In this document: piece by piece, positions 1-8,720 of the stretch
How the letters are laid out: each line of letters starts with the position of its first letter
How positions within the stretch are numbered: position 1 is the first letter of the stretch
Virus record (IMG/VR): IMGVR_UViG_3300039098_000035
Coordinates: 17,832-81,831 of that record
DNA from: a virus
Length of the DNA: 64,000 nucleotides
Direction: 5' to 3' (one strand)
The notes under the pieces: model-generated
What the model saw: only the letters and a program-made list of their open reading frames with translations
Database searches by the model: none
What the model was told of the DNA's origin: nothing
Program-made: the position numbers and the translations under genes

Positions 1-551
1 TAAAAAGCCACAACGCAGGTGCGCCAAAGTATAAGTACGACAGGAATAATATAGGAGGTATGGTTACACCCTATGATTCAGCTGAACGATACAATACTTT
101 AGTTGTGTGTGAAGGTGAGAAGGATATGTTAACAGCGCTATCAATGGGAGTTGTTAATGCAGTAGCAAAAGTAGGTGGAGCAAAATCCTACATTATGGGT
201 GGGCGTAACTTTGAAAACAAAAACATTATCATAGCTTATGACTGTGATAAGTATGGTAGATTAGGAGCAGAGCAAGATGCTACGCTATTAACAAACCGCT
301 TCAACTGTAAAGTAAAAGTAATAAACTTAGGCTTACAAGATAAGGAAGACTTGAATGATTACTTCATCAAGTATGGGCACACGGTCCAAGAATTTAATAC
401 CCTTATTAAAGCAACACCTATATTTGTACCAGTACCAGTGGTACCTCATGAAAAACTTCTAACGTATGTTAATGGTCTATCTGCGGATGACATAGACACA
501 CTAGAAAATATACTAAAAGAAAAGAAGGAGAAAGACAATGTCAAAAATTAG
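1..551 (+). CDS. DNA primase, C-terminal Toprim domain (5'-truncated by window)
   Basis: Toprim motifs VVCEGEKD, IIIAYDCDKYG and KEDLNDYF. The frame is open from position 3 (KSHNAGAPKYKYD...), so the ATG at 60 is probably internal. Confidence 0.85.
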   Translation, partial: KSHNAGAPKYKYDRNNIGGMVTPYDSAERYNTLVVCEGEKDMLTALSMGVVNAVAKVGGAKSYIMGGRNFENKNIIIAYDCDKYGRLGAEQDATLLTNRFNCKVKVINLGLQDKEDLNDYFIKYGHTVQEFNTLIKATPIFVPVPVVPHEKLLTYVNGLSADDIDTLENILKEKKEKDNVKN

Positions 552-993
552 TTTACAAGACATCTTAGTAGAAGATGCAAAGAATGCTAAGTCATCAGAC
601 TTCATTCAAGATACATTAGCACCAGGTAAATACCAGATACAAGTCTTAGAATTTGTAGAGGAAGATACGTATCAATATATTTCAACAATAGTTAATAAGA
701 AAAAGTATAACTTCTTCTATAACTATTATCTAAAAGATTCAACAGATCTTAATGCGGATACTATTAATTTTATTAAAGCGTTAGCTACTGTTGCAGTAAC
801 CGCTAAGACTACTCTATTAGAGATTGCTAATTCAGCTATCGGTTCTACCTATGAAGTTGAAATTTATAACTACGTATCTAAGAGTGGTAAAAATAAAGGA
901 AAGACTATGCATAACATTAATTACAGAGCATTACCTATACGTACAACAACTCAAGTTAATATTGATGTAGTGGAGGACGACCTACCTTTCTAA
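538..993 (+). CDS. Putative single-stranded DNA-binding protein
   Basis: 151 aa, acidic C-terminal tail ending EDDLPF, LAPGKY motif, lies between primase and helicase, AAGGAG RBS. Confidence 0.65.
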   Translation: MSKISLQDILVEDAKNAKSSDFIQDTLAPGKYQIQVLEFVEEDTYQYISTIVNKKKYNFFYNYYLKDSTDLNADTINFIKALATVAVTAKTTLLEIANSAIGSTYEVEIYNYVSKSGKNKGKTMHNINYRALPIRTTTQVNIDVVEDDLPF

Positions 994-996
994 AAA

Positions 997-1033
997 TATA
1001 AACCTTGGGGTGTATAGGTTAACCCCAAATAAT
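997..1033 (+). promoter_or_regulatory. Intergenic pseudoknot-like RNA motif, copy 1
   Basis: AACCT/AGGTT and TTGGGGT/ACCCCAA interleaved pairings. A similar sequence occurs at 31956-31996 on the - strand. Confidence 0.55.
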
Positions 1034-1047
1034 TTTAAGGAGGTATC

Positions 1048-1296
1048 ATGGATTACGGTGACGAAATTAAATTAGAAATGAAAATAAATAATACAGTATA
1101 CGCATATGAATATGAACAAGCAGTGCAAGAAAATAAATGGATAGATGTTGATGGACGTCATCTTGATATATCTGGAATGGGAATGCAGCACATAGCTAAT
1201 TGTATTAAGCTGTGTAGAACCAAACCAAATTGGCGTCCAGACATGTTAAGACTACTATTAATAGAATATAATAAAAGGAGGATACCAAACAAATGA
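1048..1296 (+). CDS. Hypothetical protein
   Basis: 82-aa ORF with AAGGAGG RBS; ATGA overlap with the next gene. Confidence 0.7.
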   Translation: MDYGDEIKLEMKINNTVYAYEYEQAVQENKWIDVDGRHLDISGMGMQHIANCIKLCRTKPNWRPDMLRLLLIEYNKRRIPNK

Positions 1297-2618
1297 AACA
1301 CGGTTATCTATTATACACAGGGTATGGTAAGACTAAGTTAGTACTAGATAAAATTTTAGCTGTACCCCACAAACCAAGAACATTATTAATATCTACAAAA
1401 AATGTTGTTGAGTCTTCTTGGATTGAACAGATTAATGAATGGTATCCAGGACAAATCAGTTATGATTATATAACAGGGTCTATCAAAGAAAAAGATAGAC
1501 TGAATATTATCAACAAACTTACTGATATCCTAGCGATGAATACATCTATGTTAAATTGGTACATATCACATACGTGTACCATTAAACGTAAAGCAAAACT
1601 TAAGAATGGAGAGATTAAAATATACTATAATGATCACGAAATCTTAAGTCGTTTTGATTTACTCATTATAGATGAATCAAGCCTGTTTAAAAATTCACAA
1701 TCAGAACGGTTTAAACTAATTAAGAAGTGGGCACATAAGATAAAGCATGTCATCATCCTTAGTGCTACACCTACACCTAAAAACATAGAAGATCTATGGG
1801 CACAGATATATCTATTAGATGGTGGCCAACGATTAGGTAAAAATATTACAGCATTTAGAAATAAATGGGGCATACCTGTACCATTACCTAATGGGCATAA
1901 CAAGTATCAATACTCACAAGAAGCTATTGATGAGATACTTAATCTAGTACGTGATATCACTACCAGTATACCTAAACCTGATAAGCCTTTGTTCCCTGAA
2001 CCTATACTAACTAAAGGTATGATTACACCTGATGCTAGTACAGCTGCATTGCTTAAAGAATTCAAGCGTGATTATATTACACGATTAGATTCTACTAAAA
2101 TGTTAGTAGCGTTCAGTGTTAATCAACTCATAACTAAAGTAAATCAAATAGCAAGTGGTGATGTGTATTATAAGAAGAATGTATTCCCACTTAACGATCT
2201 TAAAATGAAAGTATTAAAGAAACGTTTATCATTACAAACAACACCGGTAATGATTATGTATACATATAAGTTTGACAAAGTTAAACTATTAGAACTACCA
2301 GGTGCAAGGTTACTATCCAAGCCACAAGACTTTAAAGATTGGAACAACAACCTAATACCTATAGGTATACTGTCACCCTTTAGTGCAGCACATGGACTTA
2401 ACTTACAACACAGTGACTGTCGTGAAATGATATGGTTCTCTCCTATATGGGACACAGAGAAATGGATACAGACAAACGCACGTGTGTGTAGACGTGGTCA
2501 AAAATATATTATAAATATTCTTGTATTAATTATGCGAGGTAGCTATGATGACTACGCATTTAATCTATGTATAGATAAATTTAAAATACAGTATAATAAT
2601 TTAGAATTTCTAAGATAG
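1293..2618 (+). CDS. SNF2-family (SF2) phage helicase
   Basis: Motif I TGYGKT, motif II IIDESS, motif III LSATP, DLWAQIYLLDGG, motif V HGLNLQ, motif VI QTNARVCRRGQ. Confidence 0.9.
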   Translation: MKHGYLLYTGYGKTKLVLDKILAVPHKPRTLLISTKNVVESSWIEQINEWYPGQISYDYITGSIKEKDRLNIINKLTDILAMNTSMLNWYISHTCTIKRKAKLKNGEIKIYYNDHEILSRFDLLIIDESSLFKNSQSERFKLIKKWAHKIKHVIILSATPTPKNIEDLWAQIYLLDGGQRLGKNITAFRNKWGIPVPLPNGHNKYQYSQEAIDEILNLVRDITTSIPKPDKPLFPEPILTKGMITPDASTAALLKEFKRDYITRLDSTKMLVAFSVNQLITKVNQIASGDVYYKKNVFPLNDLKMKVLKKRLSLQTTPVMIMYTYKFDKVKLLELPGARLLSKPQDFKDWNNNLIPIGILSPFSAAHGLNLQHSDCREMIWFSPIWDTEKWIQTNARVCRRGQKYIINILVLIMRGSYDDYAFNLCIDKFKIQYNNLEFLR

Positions 2619-2628
2619 GAGATAGACG

Positions 2629-4656
2629 ATGCTTAAGTATTTAATATTTGATACAGAAACAACAGGCTTACATATAATATCTGATCGTCCATTCCTATTT
2701 CAGTATGGATTGGTTGATGAAAATTTAAACTTAGTATTAACAAAAGTGTTCCGCCCTAATAATGTTGCTGACTTAGCAACATTTATAACATATTTAGATT
2801 CAGTTGAAGTGTTAGTAGGAGCTAATATTAAATTCGATGTTAATCAAACTATTAACATAGGTGTACCTGCAAATGTCTTTAAAGATAAACATTACATAGA
2901 CACTGCTGTCCTTGCACGTTTAGTAATATCTCATGATACACAAAAGGACAAGACTTTTTCAGTAGCCTTAAAGAAATTAGCTCAGCGATACCTTAACATA
3001 GACGCCGCTGATGAAGAGCGTAAGCTTAAAGCAGAGCTTAGTAAGTTAACGATGGCACACAAAGCATTAATGAAAGAGCACTATATAAACCAAGGTGTAT
3101 GGGACACTACATTGAAAGCCCGTGAGCAAACACAAATCATCAATGAGGTATATAATAAATGGAATAAAGTATTCCATAAATACCCACGATTGAAACAACC
3201 TCGTAAGACTTTCCTTGCACATAACCGTACACCTAATTATTCTGATGTGGCTAACATTGAGACTTATGGTAGAAAAGATATAACATTAACACATGGTTTA
3301 CTTAAATTATTTTATCCTGATGTAATTAGGTTACAACAAATTCCTGCGTTTATAAGAACAAGTGCAGCTACATATCCTTTAATAGATATGGAACGTGCTG
3401 GTTTAACAGTAGATGTACAACGTCTCTTACAAGACAGAGCTATGATAGTTAAAGAACAAGCAGTAACACATATCATAGATCCTCGTACTAACACAAGGTT
3501 AAACATTGGTCAACACGCTAAACTTAGAGCACTCTATGAGTATGAATCAGGTATGCTTCTTACAAGTGCTGATAAAGAAACGCGTGCACGCATAGAAGCT
3601 AAGTCACCTGCAGCTAAAGCAGCTAATTATTTAGCTAAGATGGATAAGTATTTATCTACATATATTACAGGGATTCTTAATAAACTAACTAAGGTAGGAA
3701 CAGAGTATAATGTATACACTCAATACAATCTAGCCGGTACGATAACGGGTAGACTATCATCAGACTTCCAACAATTTCCAAGAGACCCATTGGTATTAAA
3801 AAACGGGTATGAAGTTAACATACGCTCATGGTTTATAGTTCCTAAAAAATATAAGTATATGTTTTACTTTGACTATAGTCAGATGGAACTACGGCTTCAA
3901 TGTGAATGGACTAACATAGTAAACGGACAGCCTGATGAAAATATGGCACGTGCTTTTTATCCTTATCATTGTTATCGTATGGATAAAGGACAGTTAATAC
4001 CTTATAAAGGAGGTGTTAAGTGGGAGCAATATACATGGTATCTTAATGAATGTGTTAATACATTGTGGAAACCTGTAGATTTACATGCCCTTACTACGAA
4101 AAATGCTTTTCCTGGTATAGATGAAACGCATCCTGATTGGAAACATTACAGAGGGTTGGGTAAACGTACTAACTTTGCAGTAAACTATGGAGCATCAGCA
4201 CCTAGAATAGCTCAAGCATTGCATGTAGATTTACCTACAGCTAGAGCTTTAGTTAAAGGATATAGAGATGCATTTCAAGGTGTAGTTAAATTTGGTAAGT
4301 GGTTACAAAACAGATGCTATGTTACTACTAGTATACCTAACTTATTATTTAGACGTTACTACTCACGTAACAAACATCTTATGCAGAACTGGTTAGTTCA
4401 AGGTAGTGGAGCAGACATACTGTTAGAAAAAATTAAAGAAGTGTGGGACTACATACAAGACAAACCTCATTGGAAATTATTCTTATCCGTCCATGATGAG
4501 TTAGGTTTATATTGTAAAGACATACCTCAAGCACAGCTTAAGAAAGAAGTAGAAGAACTTAAACAAGTTATGATGTATCGTCTATCAGCTGTAGATATTA
4601 CAGTAGACGTAGAGTATACAACAACTAAATGGTCTGAGAAAAAGGAGTGGAAATAA
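2629..4656 (+). CDS. polA: DNA polymerase family A with 3'-5' exonuclease
   Basis: ExoI FDTETTGL, ExoII NIKFD, TGRLSS, motif A FDYSQMELR, motif B KRTNFAVNYG, VQGSGAD, motif C VHDE. Confidence 0.95.
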   Translation: MLKYLIFDTETTGLHIISDRPFLFQYGLVDENLNLVLTKVFRPNNVADLATFITYLDSVEVLVGANIKFDVNQTINIGVPANVFKDKHYIDTAVLARLVISHDTQKDKTFSVALKKLAQRYLNIDAADEERKLKAELSKLTMAHKALMKEHYINQGVWDTTLKAREQTQIINEVYNKWNKVFHKYPRLKQPRKTFLAHNRTPNYSDVANIETYGRKDITLTHGLLKLFYPDVIRLQQIPAFIRTSAATYPLIDMERAGLTVDVQRLLQDRAMIVKEQAVTHIIDPRTNTRLNIGQHAKLRALYEYESGMLLTSADKETRARIEAKSPAAKAANYLAKMDKYLSTYITGILNKLTKVGTEYNVYTQYNLAGTITGRLSSDFQQFPRDPLVLKNGYEVNIRSWFIVPKKYKYMFYFDYSQMELRLQCEWTNIVNGQPDENMARAFYPYHCYRMDKGQLIPYKGGVKWEQYTWYLNECVNTLWKPVDLHALTTKNAFPGIDETHPDWKHYRGLGKRTNFAVNYGASAPRIAQALHVDLPTARALVKGYRDAFQGVVKFGKWLQNRCYVTTSIPNLLFRRYYSRNKHLMQNWLVQGSGADILLEKIKEVWDYIQDKPHWKLFLSVHDELGLYCKDIPQAQLKKEVEELKQVMMYRLSAVDITVDVEYTTTKWSEKKEWK

Positions 4657-5072
4657 TGTATATAAAAGATCTTACTAAAGATACAAAGTTATTAAAGAAA
4701 CAAGGTGATGGATTCTTAGTTGATGTATTAATTAAGGACGGTATAAAAACTATACGTACTACTACTGATCCTTTTCTTGCTAAACAATATACTGTAAAAG
4801 AAATGTTTGAAGAAGTATATCATAACATGAGTGCTAATGACATTAAAGATGTTCGTACTGCACATGCTAAAGGTAATGATAGTTATCGTACTGTACTTGC
4901 TTATCGTTGTGATAACTACTATGCCCTTAAAACGTCAAATATAAGTTATGGGTATAATAAAGATATGGAAGCAGAGAAAAAATTATTAATAGAATTAGAT
5001 TTATCTTATATGATTGAACAAGAAGAGACTGTAATAGAATCTATTGATATCTTAGGAGGCGGCGATGAGTAA
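4647..5072 (+). CDS. Hypothetical protein
   Basis: 141-aa ORF overlapping both neighbours in operon orientation; start uncertain (GTG 4647 or ATG 4656). Confidence 0.65.
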   Translation: MEIMYIKDLTKDTKLLKKQGDGFLVDVLIKDGIKTIRTTTDPFLAKQYTVKEMFEEVYHNMSANDIKDVRTAHAKGNDSYRTVLAYRCDNYYALKTSNISYGYNKDMEAEKKLLIELDLSYMIEQEETVIESIDILGGGDE

Positions 5073-6021
5073 AATAATATTTAATGTAGCGCGTCATGAG
5101 TACCAGGTTAATGGTGTAATATATATGAGTACAACACAGCTTATGAAAAAGTATGGGTTGTCTGTAGACTATGGTACGATACCTGCAGCTGTATTAGCTA
5201 AGGCAGCGAAGAAAGGTAATGCAATACACAAAGCATTAGAAGAACATATCAAAGGAGATAAAACTATGATTGGTTTATTCGATGAGGTTAAACTCTTTGA
5301 TAGCTTTATTAAAGCTCGTGGTGTAGACTCTACATGTTTAGTGCCTGAAGAAATAATAGCAGATAATACTTATCAAGTAGCAGGTACTGTAGATTTACAA
5401 TACATAGATGGACAAGATGATGTACTTGCAGATTTTAAAACTACTTCCTCATTGCATATGGATGCAGTAGCGTGGCAGTTAAGCATATACAACTATATTA
5501 AATGTAAAGGAGATCTACTTGCATATTATTTTAAAAAATTAAAAGTCTTTCATTTTAATGGTGTACGTATGTATGTTAAAGATGTATACACCGTAGACTA
5601 TGATGCAGTGGTAGCGTTATTAGAAACACATAAGCGTAGAGATAAAACCTATACTTATATTAAACCTAATAAAGTAATCTTACCTACAGAAGAGGTATAC
5701 CTTAATCAAATTATGACAGAGATAAAGTTACATGAGGATGCTGTAATTAAACTTAAAGCAGAATCACTTATAATTTTAGAAAAAGTTAAAAAGAATTTTA
5801 TTAAACAAAAAGATTATGCATTTACTAACGGTGTAATAAACATTAAGTATACTGGTGCAATACATAGACGTAGTCTTAATCAAAGCAAAGCTAAGAAATT
5901 CATTACAGATAATGGGGGCATATTAGAAACATTTATGAACGAAACAATTAGTGCAGATAAAGCAACAGCTAAGCTGTGTAAACAAACAAGTCAAGATGGT
6001 GATCAAGATGCTATGCCCTGA
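5065..6021 (+). CDS. PD-(D/E)XK (Cas4/RecB-like) exonuclease
   Basis: HEY..., KGNAIHKALE, VAGTVDL, ADFKT, WQLSIY motifs; AGGAGG RBS. Confidence 0.85.
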   Translation: MSKIIFNVARHEYQVNGVIYMSTTQLMKKYGLSVDYGTIPAAVLAKAAKKGNAIHKALEEHIKGDKTMIGLFDEVKLFDSFIKARGVDSTCLVPEEIIADNTYQVAGTVDLQYIDGQDDVLADFKTTSSLHMDAVAWQLSIYNYIKCKGDLLAYYFKKLKVFHFNGVRMYVKDVYTVDYDAVVALLETHKRRDKTYTYIKPNKVILPTEEVYLNQIMTEIKLHEDAVIKLKAESLIILEKVKKNFIKQKDYAFTNGVINIKYTGAIHRRSLNQSKAKKFITDNGGILETFMNETISADKATAKLCKQTSQDGDQDAMP

Positions 6022-6090
6022 TGATATGATAACACAAGATGTTATGTTAGACGCAATAGAAAAAATGAAAAAACAATTAAGGAGATAACT

Positions 6091-6387
6091 ATGGACAACC
6101 CTAAAGGCTATATGAATGCAGTACATGTATTCGGACGCAGCATGATGGGAAGACTTGGACAGACGCGTCACTTGCAATGGCAGTGGCGCAACAAGTCTAA
6201 ACCCTTACAAACAATATCACTTACAAAGAAACAGTATGATGATATTAAAAAATTATTAGGTCCTATAGATAGTAAAGCGGTAAATACTTTAACAGAGTAC
6301 AGTAATAGTATCCGTATATACCATACACATACTGCTAAATATTATATGAGAGTAAAAAGATACATAAAGAAAGAAGGTTTAATATGA
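6091..6387 (+). CDS. Hypothetical basic protein
   Basis: 98-aa ORF with AAGGAG RBS; ATGA overlap with the next gene. Confidence 0.65.
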   Translation: MDNPKGYMNAVHVFGRSMMGRLGQTRHLQWQWRNKSKPLQTISLTKKQYDDIKKLLGPIDSKAVNTLTEYSNSIRIYHTHTAKYYMRVKRYIKKEGLI

Positions 6388-7250
6388 AAGAAATGTTTAT
6401 CACTAAAAAATTTAGAGATAAAAGTTTAAGCCTTATTAATGCTATTAATAATATTATTGTAGAATATCAAAATCAAGGGTACGAGTTAACACTACGACAA
6501 ATATATTATCAATTAGTTGCTAGAGGAAGTATACCTAATACAGAACGTAGTTATAAGAACATAGGTTCATTGGTTAATAGTGGCAGGCTCGCAGGTATGA
6601 TAGATTGGGATGCTGTAGTTGATAGGACTAGACATATTAGAAAAAATCAGCATTGGAATACTCCGGAACAAATTGTAAAAGCTGCTCTTAATTCTTATAA
6701 AATTGATATGCGAGAAAATCAACCCATATATATAGAAGTATGGGTAGAAAAAGATGCATTGATATCCATTGTTGAGGGTGTCGCTAATGAACATGATGTT
6801 ACATGTTTTAGTTGTAGAGGATACGTATCTCAAAGTGAGATGTATCAGGCAGCGCAGCGTTTTATTGATCAAGGCCATTTAATTGATAGGTATATTTTAC
6901 ATCTTGGAGATCACGATCCATCAGGTATGGATATGACAAGAGATATTCAAGACCGCTTAGAAATGTTTGGTGCAGATGTAATTGTAAAACGCTTAGCTTT
7001 AAATTGGGAACAGATAGAGTTGTACAATCCTCCTACCAACCCTGCTAAGTTAAGTGATAGTAGAGCTGAAGGATATATTAATTTATATGGGTCTTACTCC
7101 TGGGAATTGGATGCTTTAGAACCTAAAGTAATAGAAGTTTTAATTCAAGATGCAATAGAAGAATTAACAGATGAAGATTTACTTATAGATAAACAGAAGG
7201 ATTTAAAAGCGGACCAAAATAAATTAAAACGAATGCTTAAATTAAACTAA
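6384..7250 (+). CDS. Spo11/topoisomerase VI A-like protein (5Y-CAP + Toprim; Mini-A-type)
   Basis: LTLRQIYYQL resembles the Spo11/TopoVI-A RxxYY catalytic-Tyr motif. Toprim VWVEKDA, CRGY, LGDHDPSG, and C-terminal WELDAL. Confidence 0.8.
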   Translation: MKEMFITKKFRDKSLSLINAINNIIVEYQNQGYELTLRQIYYQLVARGSIPNTERSYKNIGSLVNSGRLAGMIDWDAVVDRTRHIRKNQHWNTPEQIVKAALNSYKIDMRENQPIYIEVWVEKDALISIVEGVANEHDVTCFSCRGYVSQSEMYQAAQRFIDQGHLIDRYILHLGDHDPSGMDMTRDIQDRLEMFGADVIVKRLALNWEQIELYNPPTNPAKLSDSRAEGYINLYGSYSWELDALEPKVIEVLIQDAIEELTDEDLLIDKQKDLKADQNKLKRMLKLN

Positions 7251-7275
7251 GAAGTATAAAGAAAGAAGGTCTAAT

Positions 7276-7407
7276 ATGAAAGACGAAGTAGTAACGTTAT
7301 TTAAAGAAGCGGGTATGCCTATACCAGATGCATACTTCGATGTAACAGAGGATGGTACTGAGATAGTAATCATCCAGAAAGAGGAGGAAGTAAATGGAAA
7401 AACTTAA
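7276..7407 (+). CDS. Small acidic hypothetical protein (43 aa, not in ORF track)
   Basis: ATG 7276 after GAAGG; MKDEVVTLFKEAGMPIPDAYFDVTEDGTEIVIIQKEEEVNGKT*; fills the intergenic gap. Confidence 0.55.
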   Translation: MKDEVVTLFKEAGMPIPDAYFDVTEDGTEIVIIQKEEEVNGKT

Positions 7408-8317
7408 CTTTACACCTATTGTACAGTACAAGAAACCGATGAAGAGTTTATTGTTCGGACCCCAACATGCAGGTAAGACTTGGAATAGCTTAGATTTAGC
7501 GGCAGGTATTGTTATGGAAGAACGTGGATACAAAGATATTAAAAAAGTATGGAAACATATAGCTGTATTAGACACAGAGAACAGACGTGCTATTTTAGTA
7601 CTGCGTAAGAAAGGTGCCATGGATGTTAACTATCAAGAAATTAAACCACCGTTTAATAGTAATAAAGTTGTTGAACTTCAGCAACAGTTAGATCTTTTAG
7701 ATAACATTGATGTTATTATACATGATTCATTGACACACTACTGGGCTAAAAAGGGTGGAGTGTTAGATGAGAAGGCACAAAAAGATAAACAAGGTGGTAA
7801 CTCATACACTAACTGGCAAGAGTATAGTGCTAAGTTTAATGATATGATTGATACTTTATTACAATCTCCTAAACATATTATTATTACTGCCCGTTCAAAG
7901 AATGATGTAGTAATGGAAGAGAATCATAAGGGTAAGATGGCGCCTGTAACATATGGATTAAAGCCTATGTTGCGTGACGATATTGAATATGATTTTGATA
8001 TGGTATTTAATGTGGATAAAGATACACATAGTCTTATCGTAGATAAAGGTGTGCCTGATATAATGCCTATCTATTCTAATGTAACTGTAGATACTGGTAG
8101 AGAACTATATCAACTGTTTAATGCAGGTACTGTAATCCAATCACGTACAATGGATCACATTAAAGAAAGTATTAAATCTTTAACACGCGCAAATAATATG
8201 GTAACCTTTGTAATGCAGAAACTACAAGGTAAAAAATTAGATGAATTAGATATTGATGAATTAATTACCATAGAAAAAATATTGATTGATGAAGTAAAGA
8301 AACAACAACTTAAATAA
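7394..8317 (+). CDS. Sak4-like / AAA_24 P-loop ATPase (recombinase-type)
   Basis: Walker A GPQHAGKT, LDTEN, Walker B IIHDSLTHYW, IEYDFD; GAGGAGG RBS. Confidence 0.8.
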   Translation: MEKLNFTPIVQYKKPMKSLLFGPQHAGKTWNSLDLAAGIVMEERGYKDIKKVWKHIAVLDTENRRAILVLRKKGAMDVNYQEIKPPFNSNKVVELQQQLDLLDNIDVIIHDSLTHYWAKKGGVLDEKAQKDKQGGNSYTNWQEYSAKFNDMIDTLLQSPKHIIITARSKNDVVMEENHKGKMAPVTYGLKPMLRDDIEYDFDMVFNVDKDTHSLIVDKGVPDIMPIYSNVTVDTGRELYQLFNAGTVIQSRTMDHIKESIKSLTRANNMVTFVMQKLQGKKLDELDIDELITIEKILIDEVKKQQLK

Positions 8318-8333
8318 CTTGGAGGTATTGTAC

Positions 8334-8639
8334 ATGTTACTACATGTATTATTAAAAGTATTAGATTTAACATCTATATATACATTTAAACTAGATAATA
8401 AAGAATATTCTCTTAGGTATCTTCGAGATAATTATGACACAATAGATATTGTACGGGCTAGAATTACTGTTGAACATAGAACGTTATTCAAAGAAGACAT
8501 TAGTATTTTATTAGATGTTGATAACTTAGAACACCTGGATAAATATACTGATGCTGAAATTATAATCCCTGAAGCATCTATCTATGCTCATATGGTACTA
8601 AATATATTCACAGATATAAAGTATATACCCACAGTTTAA
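8334..8639 (+). CDS. Hypothetical protein
   Basis: GGAGG at 8321 favours ATG 8334 over the TTG 8319 start in the track. Confidence 0.65.
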   Translation: MLLHVLLKVLDLTSIYTFKLDNKEYSLRYLRDNYDTIDIVRARITVEHRTLFKEDISILLDVDNLEHLDKYTDAEIIIPEASIYAHMVLNIFTDIKYIPTV

Positions 8640-8675
8640 ACCATATGCCATGTGTTTCTACGATTCAGGGTATAT

Positions 8676-8720
8676 ATAAATAACCCCTTACTCTTATGAG
8701 TAGGGGGTTTATTTTTTTTT
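8676..8720. terminator. Intrinsic terminator between the convergent replication and virion modules
   Basis: Hairpin AACCCCTTACTC-TTAT-GAGTAGGGGGTT followed by a long T run on + and preceded by an A-rich tract. Confidence 0.85.

Noticed and set aside
52-62. AGGAGG plus ATG at 60 as a true gene start
   Set aside because: The SD-like sequence abuts the ATG and the frame is open to the window edge with primase-like sequence, so it is probably internal.
2629-4656. Intein or intron in DNA polymerase (or terminase)
   Set aside because: All motifs occur at compact spacing in uninterrupted ORFs; no splicing or homing-endonuclease motifs noticed.
5065-6021. Cas4 as part of a CRISPR system
   Set aside because: No Fe-S cysteine cluster pattern, array or other cas genes; an ordinary phage recombination nuclease context.
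6019-6090. TGA-TGA readthrough would fuse the nuclease to the 6091 ORF (genetic code 4?)
   Set aside because: TGA acts as a stop in ATGA overlaps elsewhere (1293-1296, 6384-6387, 50170-50173), very long ORFs are intact under code 11, and 6091 has its own RBS.
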